Below are positions 19,949-28,741 of a stretch of 64,000 nt of DNA, in pieces. The stretch is from positions 2,335-66,334 of the forward strand of contig CAZIFG010000005.1 of the NCBI GenBank assembly GCA_964539135.1, given 5' to 3'. Position 1 is the stretch's first letter. Each line of letters begins with the position of its first letter. Both the position numbers and the translations under genes were made by a program. The notes beneath the pieces are model-generated. The model worked only from the letters and a program-made list of their open reading frames with translations, was not told the origin of the DNA and searched no databases. This DNA comes from an uncultured Rickettsiales bacterium. Its GTDB lineage: Bacteria > Margulisbacteria > Marinamargulisbacteria > GCA-2716485 > CAZIFG01.

Positions 19949-20905
19949 ATGAAAATTCAGGTTCAAAAATACAATGGAATAGGGAATGACTTTTTAATCG
20001 TAATGGATGAGCCTCATGGAACTGTTGCGGAACACCTATTTGGGCCATCTGCTGTGTTATCCTCGTCCTCAAGTCCTCACTTATACCGTATAAACTCCGG
20101 GCTTTCGGACTCGGAATGCCTTGCAGCTGATCCAAACGTAGGCGTTTCGCAACAGTCCCCTCATCCCTGGGAAAAGTGGGCTGTATTGTGGTGTGATAGG
20201 AAGTTAGGATTAACGAAAAAAGGTGAAAAAATCGGCGCGGATGGACTGATTGTGGTTCAAAAGAAAGAATCCGGAAATTTTTATATGCGCATTATTAACG
20301 GCGATGGATCAGAGCCGGAAATGTGTGGCAATGGCATTCGATGTATGGCTGCATTTTTAGTGGAAAATCAGCATCTAAAGGATACGGCGTTTACAATTGA
20401 AACCCCTGCAGGACCCATTGGCGTCGTGTGTGATCGCGATCAAAATGGAACGGTGAAATCTGTCCGAGTGGATATGGGACCCCCTCGAATCAATGAGCCT
20501 AAAACCATAGATGTAGGAGGAACACGGCAATCGGGTAGATTTGTATCGATGGGGAATCCTCATTTTGTCATGGAATCTAAAAATCTGCCAGAACTGGATT
20601 TATCCAAAATAGGCCCTGTGTATGAACACAACAAAGCCTTTCCAGAGGGGGCCAATATTGAATTTATAGAAGTGAATGGGCCCAAAGAAATTACAATGAG
20701 AGTTTGGGAGCGGGGCGCTGGAGAAACACAGGCGTGTGGAACAGGGGCCTGTGCCGTTGTTGTGGCAATGGTCAGTGAAAATAAAGCGGAGAGATGTTGT
20801 ACGGTTCACTTACCCGGCGGTGATTTGGAGATTGAGTGGACAGAAACAACGATAATCATGACAGGTCCAGTTGAAAAGGAATACGACATGGAGTGTGTAG
20901 TGTGA
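19949..20905 (+). CDS. dapF: diaminopimelate epimerase carrying a 45-codon in-frame repeat-element insertion
   Basis: NGIGNDFLIV N-terminus and catalytic CGNGIRC and ACGTGACA motifs. Residues 25-69 are encoded by the 135-nt palindromic element. Confidence 0.85.
   Translation: MKIQVQKYNGIGNDFLIVMDEPHGTVAEHLFGPSAVLSSSSSPHLYRINSGLSDSECLAADPNVGVSQQSPHPWEKWAVLWCDRKLGLTKKGEKIGADGLIVVQKKESGNFYMRIINGDGSEPEMCGNGIRCMAAFLVENQHLKDTAFTIETPAGPIGVVCDRDQNGTVKSVRVDMGPPRINEPKTIDVGGTRQSGRFVSMGNPHFVMESKNLPELDLSKIGPVYEHNKAFPEGANIEFIEVNGPKEITMRVWERGAGETQACGTGACAVVVAMVSENKAERCCTVHLPGGDLEIEWTETTIIMTGPVEKEYDMECVV
20021..20155 (-). mobile_element. 135-nt palindromic (RPE/MITE-like) element, in-frame copy inside dapF
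   Basis: Its reverse complement aligns ungapped with 59361-59494, about 115 of 134 positions identical by hand alignment. The terminal inverted repeats are CTGTTGCGGAACACCTA ... TAGGCGTTTCGCAACAG. Confidence 0.85.
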
Positions 20906-21906
20906 AAAAAATAAAAGGGGATATATCGCCCAGTTTGGGACGCGTTTTTTTAGTGGGCTATTATGGATGCGGTAATTTAGGCGACGAGTGGTTGCTTTCT
21001 TTTTTTAAAAAATATTTTAAAGAAAAAAACATAAAATATACGGTTTTATCAGGAAAAAAGCCAAAAAAAAATGAGGTTTCTCGGAAAAATATTATCGCTG
21101 TTTGGCGCAGCATTCGACATGCAGATACAGTGGTATTTGGAGGCGGATCCATTCTTCAAAATGACAGTTCCAATAAAAGTTTAGTGTATTATTTAACACT
21201 CATTGCATTGGCAAAAAAGTACAATAAAAGAGTCATGCTCATAGGTCAAGGCATAGGACCTATTGAGGGTGGAGTGATGACTATTTTAACAAAAAAAGTA
21301 TTAAAAAGGGTTGATTTTATCAGTGTAAGAGACGATGAAAGTAAGCGGCTCTTGGATCAGTGGAAAATTCGGTCTATAGAGGCAGCCGATATGGTGTTTC
21401 AAGATATTCCAGAGCGATGTCAGGCCTCAGGGGAGGCAGGCGTCATAGCGTGTAATTTAATGCCGTGGAAACAAAAATGGCCTCAAGGATGGAAAGAAAT
21501 TAAGCAGCGCATCATGCAGGTATCGTCCTTTGGGCTTTCGATGTCAACGCAGGATAAAAAAGCGATGAAGGGGCTTTCTGTTTATAATTTAAGAGAAAGT
21601 CCGTTGGAACCTGTGACAGATAAAGAAATTTCGTTAATTATTTGCTTTCGATATCATGTAGCGGTATGGGCCGTATTACATGGAATCCCCTTTATTGTTG
21701 TGGATAAAAATACAAAATCAAGGGCGCTGGCAAGGGCCTGTGGCCAAGAATGGATATCCGTGAAAGACAAAACCATGACCTTAAAAGACTTGGACTCTAA
21801 AATAGCCCGAGTAAAAAAGAATTGGGCGTTTTATGCCAATAATGCATTAAAAGCCAGACAAGAATTGCATGAAAAAGCCGTCTTAAACGAAATGGGGTTA
21901 AAGTGA
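20893..21906 (+). CDS. csaB: polysaccharide pyruvyl transferase CsaB-like
   Basis: The N-terminal VGYYGCGNLGDEWLL motif is typical of CsaB. An alternative GTG start at 20902 overlaps the dapF stop. Confidence 0.7.
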   Translation: MCSVKKIKGDISPSLGRVFLVGYYGCGNLGDEWLLSFFKKYFKEKNIKYTVLSGKKPKKNEVSRKNIIAVWRSIRHADTVVFGGGSILQNDSSNKSLVYYLTLIALAKKYNKRVMLIGQGIGPIEGGVMTILTKKVLKRVDFISVRDDESKRLLDQWKIRSIEAADMVFQDIPERCQASGEAGVIACNLMPWKQKWPQGWKEIKQRIMQVSSFGLSMSTQDKKAMKGLSVYNLRESPLEPVTDKEISLIICFRYHVAVWAVLHGIPFIVVDKNTKSRALARACGQEWISVKDKTMTLKDLDSKIARVKKNWAFYANNALKARQELHEKAVLNEMGLK

Positions 21907-22601
21907 GTTTATTATCTGGGTATAGGATCCAGACAGGCGCTAAAGAAGCCGTGCTGGACTGGTGTTTAAAAGCCCGTAAATCAGAGGGATTTAAGCGAAT
22001 TTTAACGCTTAATCCTTTAATCATTATGGCGGGAGAAAAGGATAGTGCACTCAAAACATGGATGCAAAGCGCTGATTTAATTGTGGCAGATGGCGTTGGC
22101 GTGTGTTGGGCACTTAAAAAAGAAAAAAACCTTAAAACACAGTCGGTAACAGGGGTGGATTTGGTGGAAATGCTCCTGAAACAGCCTGTTTCAGTTTACC
22201 TAGTGGGGGCAAAACCAGATATTTTAGCGTTGACAGTTAAAAATATAAAGGAAAGATACCCTACTGTAGGGATAGTGGGCGCCCATCATGGGTACATGAC
22301 GGCATCAGAACGAGACGCTGTAATCCAAGATATTAGCGAAAAATCGCCAGATTTTGTATGGGTGGCGATGGGAATTCCCTATCAAGAGTATTTTCTTCAA
22401 GCGCTGGCAAAACACGCCAAAAGAGGGATAGGAATAGGCGTTGGCGGAACCTTTGATGTACTATCCGGGACTTTGAGTAGAGCGCCGAAATGGGTACAAT
22501 CTCTAAAAATTGAATGGCTGTATCGCGCGATACGGCAGCCGGAACGGTTTAAAAAATTCCCAGAATTACTGCGCTTTATGAGCAGAGTAAGTCTAGGGTA
22601 G
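21903..22601 (+). CDS. WecG/TagA/CpsF-family glycosyltransferase
   Basis: LNPLIIMAGEKD...ADLIVADGVGVCWA and the GIPYQEYF motif. GTGA overlap with csaB. Confidence 0.8.
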   Translation: MSLLSGYRIQTGAKEAVLDWCLKARKSEGFKRILTLNPLIIMAGEKDSALKTWMQSADLIVADGVGVCWALKKEKNLKTQSVTGVDLVEMLLKQPVSVYLVGAKPDILALTVKNIKERYPTVGIVGAHHGYMTASERDAVIQDISEKSPDFVWVAMGIPYQEYFLQALAKHAKRGIGIGVGGTFDVLSGTLSRAPKWVQSLKIEWLYRAIRQPERFKKFPELLRFMSRVSLG

Positions 22602-24042
22602 CTTTAAGCGTTTCAGAGGGGGTTCCTGTGCGCAGGGTTTCCATTAGGGTTTTGCCAAGTTCCACACCGGGCTGGTCAAAAGGATTGAGGCCACAGGCAA
22701 GACCTTCAAAAATAACGCGGTTTTCATAAAACGACCATAGGGCGCCCAAGTTCTGAGCTGAAAGTTCCGGTAAAATGACAGTGGTAAAGGGGCGATTGCC
22801 TTCAAAATTAAAATTTTTAACAGCATGTGACTTCCCTTGAGCCAAGGCAACCTGTTGGGCGGCTAAGTGATAGAGGCATTCACGATCCGTCGTTGAAATC
22901 GTAATAAATTCAATAGGAAGAGGACGAATGCCTTGATGCACAAGTTGAAAAAAAGCATGTTGAGCATTGGTCCCCACGTTGGTCATGAGATAAGGGCTCG
23001 CAGGAATATCAAGAGGGATGCCGTGAGCATCCACGGATTTACCAAGGCTTTCACAGAACAGTTGTTGAAGGTGTAGGGTAAAAATAGAAAAGAATTGAGT
23101 ATAAGGAACAACCGCTAAGGATTCAAAATGGCAAAAAAGACGATGCCAAATGCCAATAAGAGCAGCGATCAAGGCTGGATTTTCAGAGAGCGTGGGACAT
23201 AAAGACTTTTGGTCTAAATCATAAGCACCAGAGAGAAACGCCTTGCAGCAGCTTTCTCCAAATACCAGTGCAATCAGGAGCATGCCAACGGGGGAAGACG
23301 TCGAAAATCGTCCGCCAATTTCAGGGGTAATATAAAACCGGCGAAAGAAAAAATCCGTATCTAAAACACTATTGCGGCAAGAAATAGACACAAGATGCTC
23401 ACGAATGAGAGCCTCTGTATAGCCTTGAGACAAAAAGTAATCACAAATGCGACGAAGATGATCATGGGTTTCATGAGTACCACCAGATTTTGAGGCGATA
23501 ATAAACAATGTTGTTTCCAAGGGAAGCGTTTTTAAAATAGGGGTACTCCATAAGGGGTCAATGGAGGAAAAGAAATAAACTTGAGTGTGACTACTATAAC
23601 AGGCTGAAAGCGCGCGATATAAGGCCATAGGCCCTAGGTGAGAGCCGCCGATGCCAACTTGAATAATATGGGTATAGTGATGGGTGCGTGCAAATTCGAA
23701 ACAGGTGTTAAGTTCCTCTGTGTATGCAGAAGGGGTCGGATTTCGGGTAGAATGAAAATCCGAGCTAAGTTCTTCCGTTAAATTGGAAAGATGGGAGTTC
23801 ATAATATCAGAAAGGCGATCTGTTAACGATAATTCATCAGAAAGTGACTGTAATTCACGAAGAATAGGTCCAGATGTTAAGGCGCCACTAAATGAAAAAG
23901 AGAGGTGTGTAGAGGAACAGCGTGTGCGTTGAATACGATCCGGCGTATAACAGTCTTTTAAATTGGGAGGTGTTTGAGCAAGGTCTAAAAGCTTGGAATA
24001 AGCGTGGGTTTCAGACAAAGAAGGATCGCGTTGGGTCATCAT
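22576..24042 (-). CDS. pgi: glucose-6-phosphate isomerase (Lys-poor, His/Ser-rich)
   Basis: Both PGI signatures are visible: EIGGRFSTSSPVG and GLNPFDQPGVELGK. The 3' end overlaps the tagA-like gene by 26 nt (convergent). Confidence 0.85.
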   Translation of the reverse strand: MMTQRDPSLSETHAYSKLLDLAQTPPNLKDCYTPDRIQRTRCSSTHLSFSFSGALTSGPILRELQSLSDELSLTDRLSDIMNSHLSNLTEELSSDFHSTRNPTPSAYTEELNTCFEFARTHHYTHIIQVGIGGSHLGPMALYRALSACYSSHTQVYFFSSIDPLWSTPILKTLPLETTLFIIASKSGGTHETHDHLRRICDYFLSQGYTEALIREHLVSISCRNSVLDTDFFFRRFYITPEIGGRFSTSSPVGMLLIALVFGESCCKAFLSGAYDLDQKSLCPTLSENPALIAALIGIWHRLFCHFESLAVVPYTQFFSIFTLHLQQLFCESLGKSVDAHGIPLDIPASPYLMTNVGTNAQHAFFQLVHQGIRPLPIEFITISTTDRECLYHLAAQQVALAQGKSHAVKNFNFEGNRPFTTVILPELSAQNLGALWSFYENRVIFEGLACGLNPFDQPGVELGKTLMETLRTGTPSETLKATLDLLCS

Positions 24043-24045
24043 AAC

Positions 24046-25293
24046 TCAAGCGTAATGCTGAAACAAAGTGGCATAAAGAGATTTATAGACATCCGGAAAA
24101 ACAAGATTTCGGCGCGCAAGCACTTTGCTGCTAGTATCCATAAATTTATCCAAATCATGTTGACTGTAGTTGCCGGGGCTTCCCCAAGAAAAAGGTGGGA
24201 TATAGGTATCATGAAAACCGGGATTAAACAGAGTGGACCCAAAATGGACAATAGAGCCGGTATTAAAGGTGGTATAAATGCCGGTTTTAACAAAATCGCC
24301 CAAAATACTGCCTAAAAATTGTTGTCCCGTAGGGATCGGGCCTTCAGGCCCTGAAAGTGAAATGGGACTATAGGTATTTTTAAGATTGGAAGTAGAGGTA
24401 AAGGCCCCTAAATTGACCCATTCTCCGATATAAGAGTGCCCAATAAAACCATCGTGGGCCTTATTAGAATAACCCTGAAAAATGGAATGAGATATTTCAC
24501 CCGCAATTTTACATAGAGGCCCAATCGAAGACTCTTTAATTTTCCCCCCTAAAATTTGAGTATCTTTCCCAATAAAAAGAGGCCCTTCAAGGCGAGAGTG
24601 AGCCTGAATGGTAACGCCAGATTCAATATAAACAGGGCCTTTTTGAGCATCAATGACAACAAAATCCTCAATGTGAACACCCTCATCAATAAAAACCTGG
24701 TTTTCATTATAAATAACACTATAAGGTTTAATATCACCCTTAATAACGCCTGGCTGATTATAAAAATCAAAGTCATAGGAAATAAACGAAGGGGTCAGTA
24801 CAATGCCATCCCAAAGGGTAGCAATGATAACTGCCTGAGAAATATCTCGAGTGCGGCAAAGTGGCCGTAATTGAGTCATAAGGTCTTCAGAACTGGGAAC
24901 ACCTTCCAAAATATAGACCATAGATTCTAAGACTTCTCCGGTAAGGTAGGCGGCAATGACGGTATCGTGTTGGATGAAAAGGGTGTTTTCAGAAAGATCG
25001 ACAGCTTGTAATAAGTTGGCAAGTTCTTGAGTCATTGCCACACGGCCATTGATAAAAAGGCAAGGGGAGCCCAGATTGATTTGATTGACATACTGATCTT
25101 TAAACTGAAACTGAACTGTGGACTTAAAGTAATCCCGGCAATGCAAGCTAATGACTGCAGATTCAAAATATCGATTCACTTTATCAAAAAGGCGATCAAT
25201 ACCCAGTCGAAGGGCGTAGAGAGGACGGGCGTAGGTTAAGGGACTTAATCCAAGAGCGTGTTGATCTTCGAAGATGCAAACATGTTTTATCAT
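24046..25293 (-). CDS. GlmU-family putative sugar nucleotidyltransferase with C-terminal left-handed beta-helix
   Basis: The N-terminus IFEDQHALGLSPLTYARPLYALRLG resembles the alternative bacterial GlmU-like family. Hexapeptide-repeat-rich C-terminal half. Confidence 0.6.
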   Translation of the reverse strand: MIKHVCIFEDQHALGLSPLTYARPLYALRLGIDRLFDKVNRYFESAVISLHCRDYFKSTVQFQFKDQYVNQINLGSPCLFINGRVAMTQELANLLQAVDLSENTLFIQHDTVIAAYLTGEVLESMVYILEGVPSSEDLMTQLRPLCRTRDISQAVIIATLWDGIVLTPSFISYDFDFYNQPGVIKGDIKPYSVIYNENQVFIDEGVHIEDFVVIDAQKGPVYIESGVTIQAHSRLEGPLFIGKDTQILGGKIKESSIGPLCKIAGEISHSIFQGYSNKAHDGFIGHSYIGEWVNLGAFTSTSNLKNTYSPISLSGPEGPIPTGQQFLGSILGDFVKTGIYTTFNTGSIVHFGSTLFNPGFHDTYIPPFSWGSPGNYSQHDLDKFMDTSSKVLARRNLVFPDVYKSLYATLFQHYA

Positions 25294-25429
25294 GGATTCA
25301 TGATAGTATAGCCGTTGAAAATTGTTAAGCAGTATTCACAAAATGAGCATAACGCTAGACAAAAGTGGTAAAAATGCGTATATAGAAGGCCCATCATTCA
25401 ACACATGAAGAAAACAAGGATCAAAACAA

Positions 25430-25792
25430 ATGTCTCGCATGTATCAAACAAGTCCCCAAAAACCATCTTACCAAAACACACAAAAGACTAAAGCCCCAGA
25501 AAAAAAACCGTGGATACCTCATAAGATGTCGAGTATAAAGACAAATTTGAGTCTAAGTTCTATTTCGATGACCCAAGAAACATATCTCCCTGATATACGG
25601 GGTGAAATCAAAATAACACCGATGTGGGATAAAATAGAAGAGGCGCCAGATTTAAAACCAAAAGTAGGGTGCGCATCAAGTCTATGTGATACAGACATCC
25701 CGGTAGTAGAGCTGGCGACCATCGGATTTTTGATTGGATTTATAATAGGACGACGCTATCCCCTATGTAGAAGGGCCCGATATCGCCGGTAA
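25430..25792 (+). CDS. hypothetical tail-anchored protein
   Basis: 120 aa. Hydrophilic, then a single C-terminal TM (LATIGFLIGFIIG) and a basic tail RRARYRR. Confidence 0.4.
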   Translation: MSRMYQTSPQKPSYQNTQKTKAPEKKPWIPHKMSSIKTNLSLSSISMTQETYLPDIRGEIKITPMWDKIEEAPDLKPKVGCASSLCDTDIPVVELATIGFLIGFIIGRRYPLCRRARYRR

Positions 25793-25841
25793 CAACAGTC
25801 CCGCAGTTGAAACTCAAGCCTGTAAAGGCTAGAATAAAGGG

Positions 25842-26423
25842 ATGATCCGAAAAATTCGAAAAAAATTAACACATTGGGCCGCCTTTAAAGAAGAGTTAAA
25901 GTCCAAAAGTAAATTAAAATACCATATGGTAGATCTTGTAGAGTCTATACTTGTCGCGCTCTGCTTGGCCCTTGTCATTAGAGCCTATGTGGTACAGACT
26001 TCGGTAGTGCCTTCAGAGTCCATGGTGCCCACGTTTTTAGTGGGAGACCGTTTATTTGTAAATAAATTCATTTATCGATTTAAAACGCCGAATCGGGGCG
26101 ATATTACGGTATTTAAATCCCCTAATAGAGATGGTAAAGAGTATGTAAAACGATGTATCGGGATGCCTGGCGAAACGGTCCAGCTGATTGAAGGACGTGT
26201 GTATATTAACGGAAAACCCCTCATTATTGCCGGCGTAACCATTTTAGAAGATCGAATGAATTTTGGGCCTATTGTGGTGCCAGATGCCCATTATTTCGTA
26301 TTGGGAGATAATAGAGCCAACTCCCAAGACTCCAGATATTGGGGGTATGTGCCCGTTGAAGACATGTTGGGAAAGGCCTGGTTTACCTTTTATCCGTTAA
26401 CACGCATGAGAGTGTTGAAGTAG
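25842..26423 (+). CDS. lepB: signal peptidase I
   Basis: SESMVPTF (catalytic Ser box), KRCIGMPGE, and GDNRANSQDSRYWG. Confidence 0.9.
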   Translation: MIRKIRKKLTHWAAFKEELKSKSKLKYHMVDLVESILVALCLALVIRAYVVQTSVVPSESMVPTFLVGDRLFVNKFIYRFKTPNRGDITVFKSPNRDGKEYVKRCIGMPGETVQLIEGRVYINGKPLIIAGVTILEDRMNFGPIVVPDAHYFVLGDNRANSQDSRYWGYVPVEDMLGKAWFTFYPLTRMRVLK

Positions 26424-26429
26424 TTGCTG

Positions 26430-26639
26430 ATGAAGGTTTATCTCAATGGGGAGGCATACACCGCTATCAGTGAAGAGGATACCTTAGAGACCCTCTTAAA
26501 AAAATTAGGTCTAGAGAGACGGTATCATGCGATTGAAGTAAATCATGAGATTATCTCTCAAGAAAAAGACATCAGCTTAAAATTTAAGGAAGGGGATATC
26601 ATAGAGATTGTTCAGTTTATGGGGGGAGGCAGTCAGTAA
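26430..26639 (+). CDS. ThiS/MoaD-like ubiquitin-fold protein with residues beyond the Gly-Gly
   Basis: MKVYLNGE...GDIIEIVQFMGGGSQ. Has ThiS length and pattern, but the C-terminus is GGGSQ rather than terminal GG. The ORF track starts at TTG 26424. Confidence 0.55.
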   Translation: MKVYLNGEAYTAISEEDTLETLLKKLGLERRYHAIEVNHEIISQEKDISLKFKEGDIIEIVQFMGGGSQ

Positions 26640-26729
26640 AACCAAATACAGGCCCAGTGCGCTAGTGCGTGAAGGGCAAAGATGATACACTAAGTGCTTA
26701 TAATTGCACAAACGAGGGACGTAAAAACG

Positions 26730-28721
26730 ATGACACAAGAATACAGAGCCGATCATATTAAAGTGTTAGAAGGCCTAGAGGCTGTTCGAAAACGGCCAGG
26801 GATGTATATAGGATCTACAGGATTATCAGGATTAAATCACTTGGTATTTGAGGTCGTTGACAATAGTGTGGACGAGGCGATGGCTGGATATTGTACAGAT
26901 ATTCATGTTCGAATCGAGGAAGGCAATATTGTCACGGTTCGAGATAATGGCCGAGGGATTCCCATAGATACCCATAAAGAAAAAAACTTACCGGCGGTTG
27001 AAGTGGTACTGACAACCTTACACGCAGGTGGAAAATTTGAAGGGGAAGGCTATAAAGTATCAGGCGGACTACACGGGGTAGGCGTTTCGGTTGTAAACGC
27101 CTTGGCAGAATGGCTTGAAGTGGAAGTTAAACGAGATGGAAAACGCTATACACAGCGCTATCAAAAAGGAATTCCGGATCAGCTCATCGGGCAATTTTAT
27201 GACTATGACGGCAAAGATACAGGAACAACCGTTCGATTTTTTCCAGATGCAACCATCTTTGATGAAATAGAGTTTACCAACGAAGTATTAGATCACCGTT
27301 TAAGAGAATTGGCCTTCTTAAATAAAGGCATCAAAATTATTTTTGTAGACGATAGAATTAAAGATGAAAATGGGAACTCAGAAGAAAAAGTATATCAATT
27401 TGAGGGGGGCATTAAATCTTACGTCGAAATTATGAATGAAAATAAAGAGGCCTTATTCACGCCGCCTGTTTATTTAAAAAGTTCTCGAGATGAATATGAG
27501 ATCGAAGTATCCATCCAATACGTGAGCGATTATTTTGATGAAAATGTCGTGAGTTTTGCCAACAACATCCGAACCCGAGAAGGCGGCACACATTTGGCCG
27601 GATTTAGATCAGCCCTAACCCGTGTGATCAATAGTTTTGCTAAAAAATACGAGCTTTTAAAAGACAAAAAATCAACGTTTTCGGGGCAAGATTTACGTGA
27701 GGGATTAAGCGCGGTCATTTCGGTAAAATTAAGAAATCCCCAGTTTGAGGGGCAAACCAAAACAAAATTGGGTAATTCTGAAGTCAAAGGAATCGTAGAT
27801 TCTTTATTGGACCAAGGTCTAGCCGATTATCTAGAGGCCAACCCGAAAGTTGGAAAGCTCATTGTAAATAAGGCAATGATTGCCCAGAGAGTGAGAGAAG
27901 CAGCACGAAAAGCACAAGATTTAATTCGACGAAAAAGCAGTCTAGAAAACACAACTTTACCTGGAAAATTGGCAGACTGTTCCAATTCCGATCCTTCAAA
28001 ATGTGAGATCTTTTTAGTTGAGGGGGATTCCGCGGGAGGTTCGGCAAAACAAGGCCGAGATAGAAATTTCCAAGCGATTTTACCGCTTCGTGGAAAAGTA
28101 TTAAACGTTGAAAAGGCACGATTGGACAAAATTTTAGCGAATGAGGAGATTCGAACCCTAATTACAGCCATAGGACCGGGTGCCATTCAAGGCTTATCAG
28201 ACAAGCCCCAAACGATTAACACAGACGAAGACAATGCCGAAGAAGTGGGCATGAGTGTTACCCATGCCTTAGAAAAATTACGGTACCATAAAATCGTTAT
28301 TATGACAGATGCTGACGTGGATGGCGCACATATTCGAACCTTGTTACTCACATTTTTCTTCCGGTATGCCCGTGCCGTTATTGAAGCGGGAGCCTTGTAT
28401 ATTGCGCAGCCGCCGCTTTATTTGGTTAAAAAAGGAAATACAAAAAAGTATGCCTATAATGATAAAGAGTTAGAGTTAACCTTAGAAGAATTGGGCCGAG
28501 ATAAATCGACAATTCAGCGGTATAAAGGGCTTGGAGAGATGAACCCCGATCAATTATGGGATACCACGATGGATCCAGAAAAAAGGGCCATGTTAAAGGT
28601 AGACTTACAAGATGCAGAAAAAGCAGATGAGATTTTTGCGATGTTAATGGGCAGCGAAGTCGATCCTAGAAAACACTTTATTGAAAAATACGCCAAAGAT
28701 GTGCGATGGATTGACGTGTAG
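26730..28721 (+). CDS. gyrB: DNA gyrase subunit B
   Basis: VLEGLEAVRKRPGMYIGS, LHAGGKF, EGDSAGGSAKQGRDR and PLRGKVLNVE. Start taken at ATG 26730. Confidence 0.95.
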   Translation: MTQEYRADHIKVLEGLEAVRKRPGMYIGSTGLSGLNHLVFEVVDNSVDEAMAGYCTDIHVRIEEGNIVTVRDNGRGIPIDTHKEKNLPAVEVVLTTLHAGGKFEGEGYKVSGGLHGVGVSVVNALAEWLEVEVKRDGKRYTQRYQKGIPDQLIGQFYDYDGKDTGTTVRFFPDATIFDEIEFTNEVLDHRLRELAFLNKGIKIIFVDDRIKDENGNSEEKVYQFEGGIKSYVEIMNENKEALFTPPVYLKSSRDEYEIEVSIQYVSDYFDENVVSFANNIRTREGGTHLAGFRSALTRVINSFAKKYELLKDKKSTFSGQDLREGLSAVISVKLRNPQFEGQTKTKLGNSEVKGIVDSLLDQGLADYLEANPKVGKLIVNKAMIAQRVREAARKAQDLIRRKSSLENTTLPGKLADCSNSDPSKCEIFLVEGDSAGGSAKQGRDRNFQAILPLRGKVLNVEKARLDKILANEEIRTLITAIGPGAIQGLSDKPQTINTDEDNAEEVGMSVTHALEKLRYHKIVIMTDADVDGAHIRTLLLTFFFRYARAVIEAGALYIAQPPLYLVKKGNTKKYAYNDKELELTLEELGRDKSTIQRYKGLGEMNPDQLWDTTMDPEKRAMLKVDLQDAEKADEIFAMLMGSEVDPRKHFIEKYAKDVRWIDV

Positions 28722-28741
28722 GGCAGAGGGAGGACAATTAA

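Noticed and set aside
19944-20135. 63-aa minus-strand ORF (MDQLQGIPSPKARSLY...) and its look-alike, the 68-aa ORF at 59381..59587. Together they could be read as a small duplicated gene.
   Set aside because: Both are just one reading frame through the 135-nt palindromic element. The first lies antisense inside dapF. Similarity ends at the element borders.
25790-25801. The 10-mer CAACAGTCCC after the stop of ORF 25430..25792 matches the outer edge of the palindromic element.
   Set aside because: Only 10 nt match and the TAGGCGTTT part is missing, which is compatible with chance in a 64-kb window.
27079-27092. GTAGGCGTTTCG inside gyrB resembles the element terminus.
   Set aside because: It encodes the conserved GyrB GVGVSV motif. 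No inverted partner or element interior is nearby.
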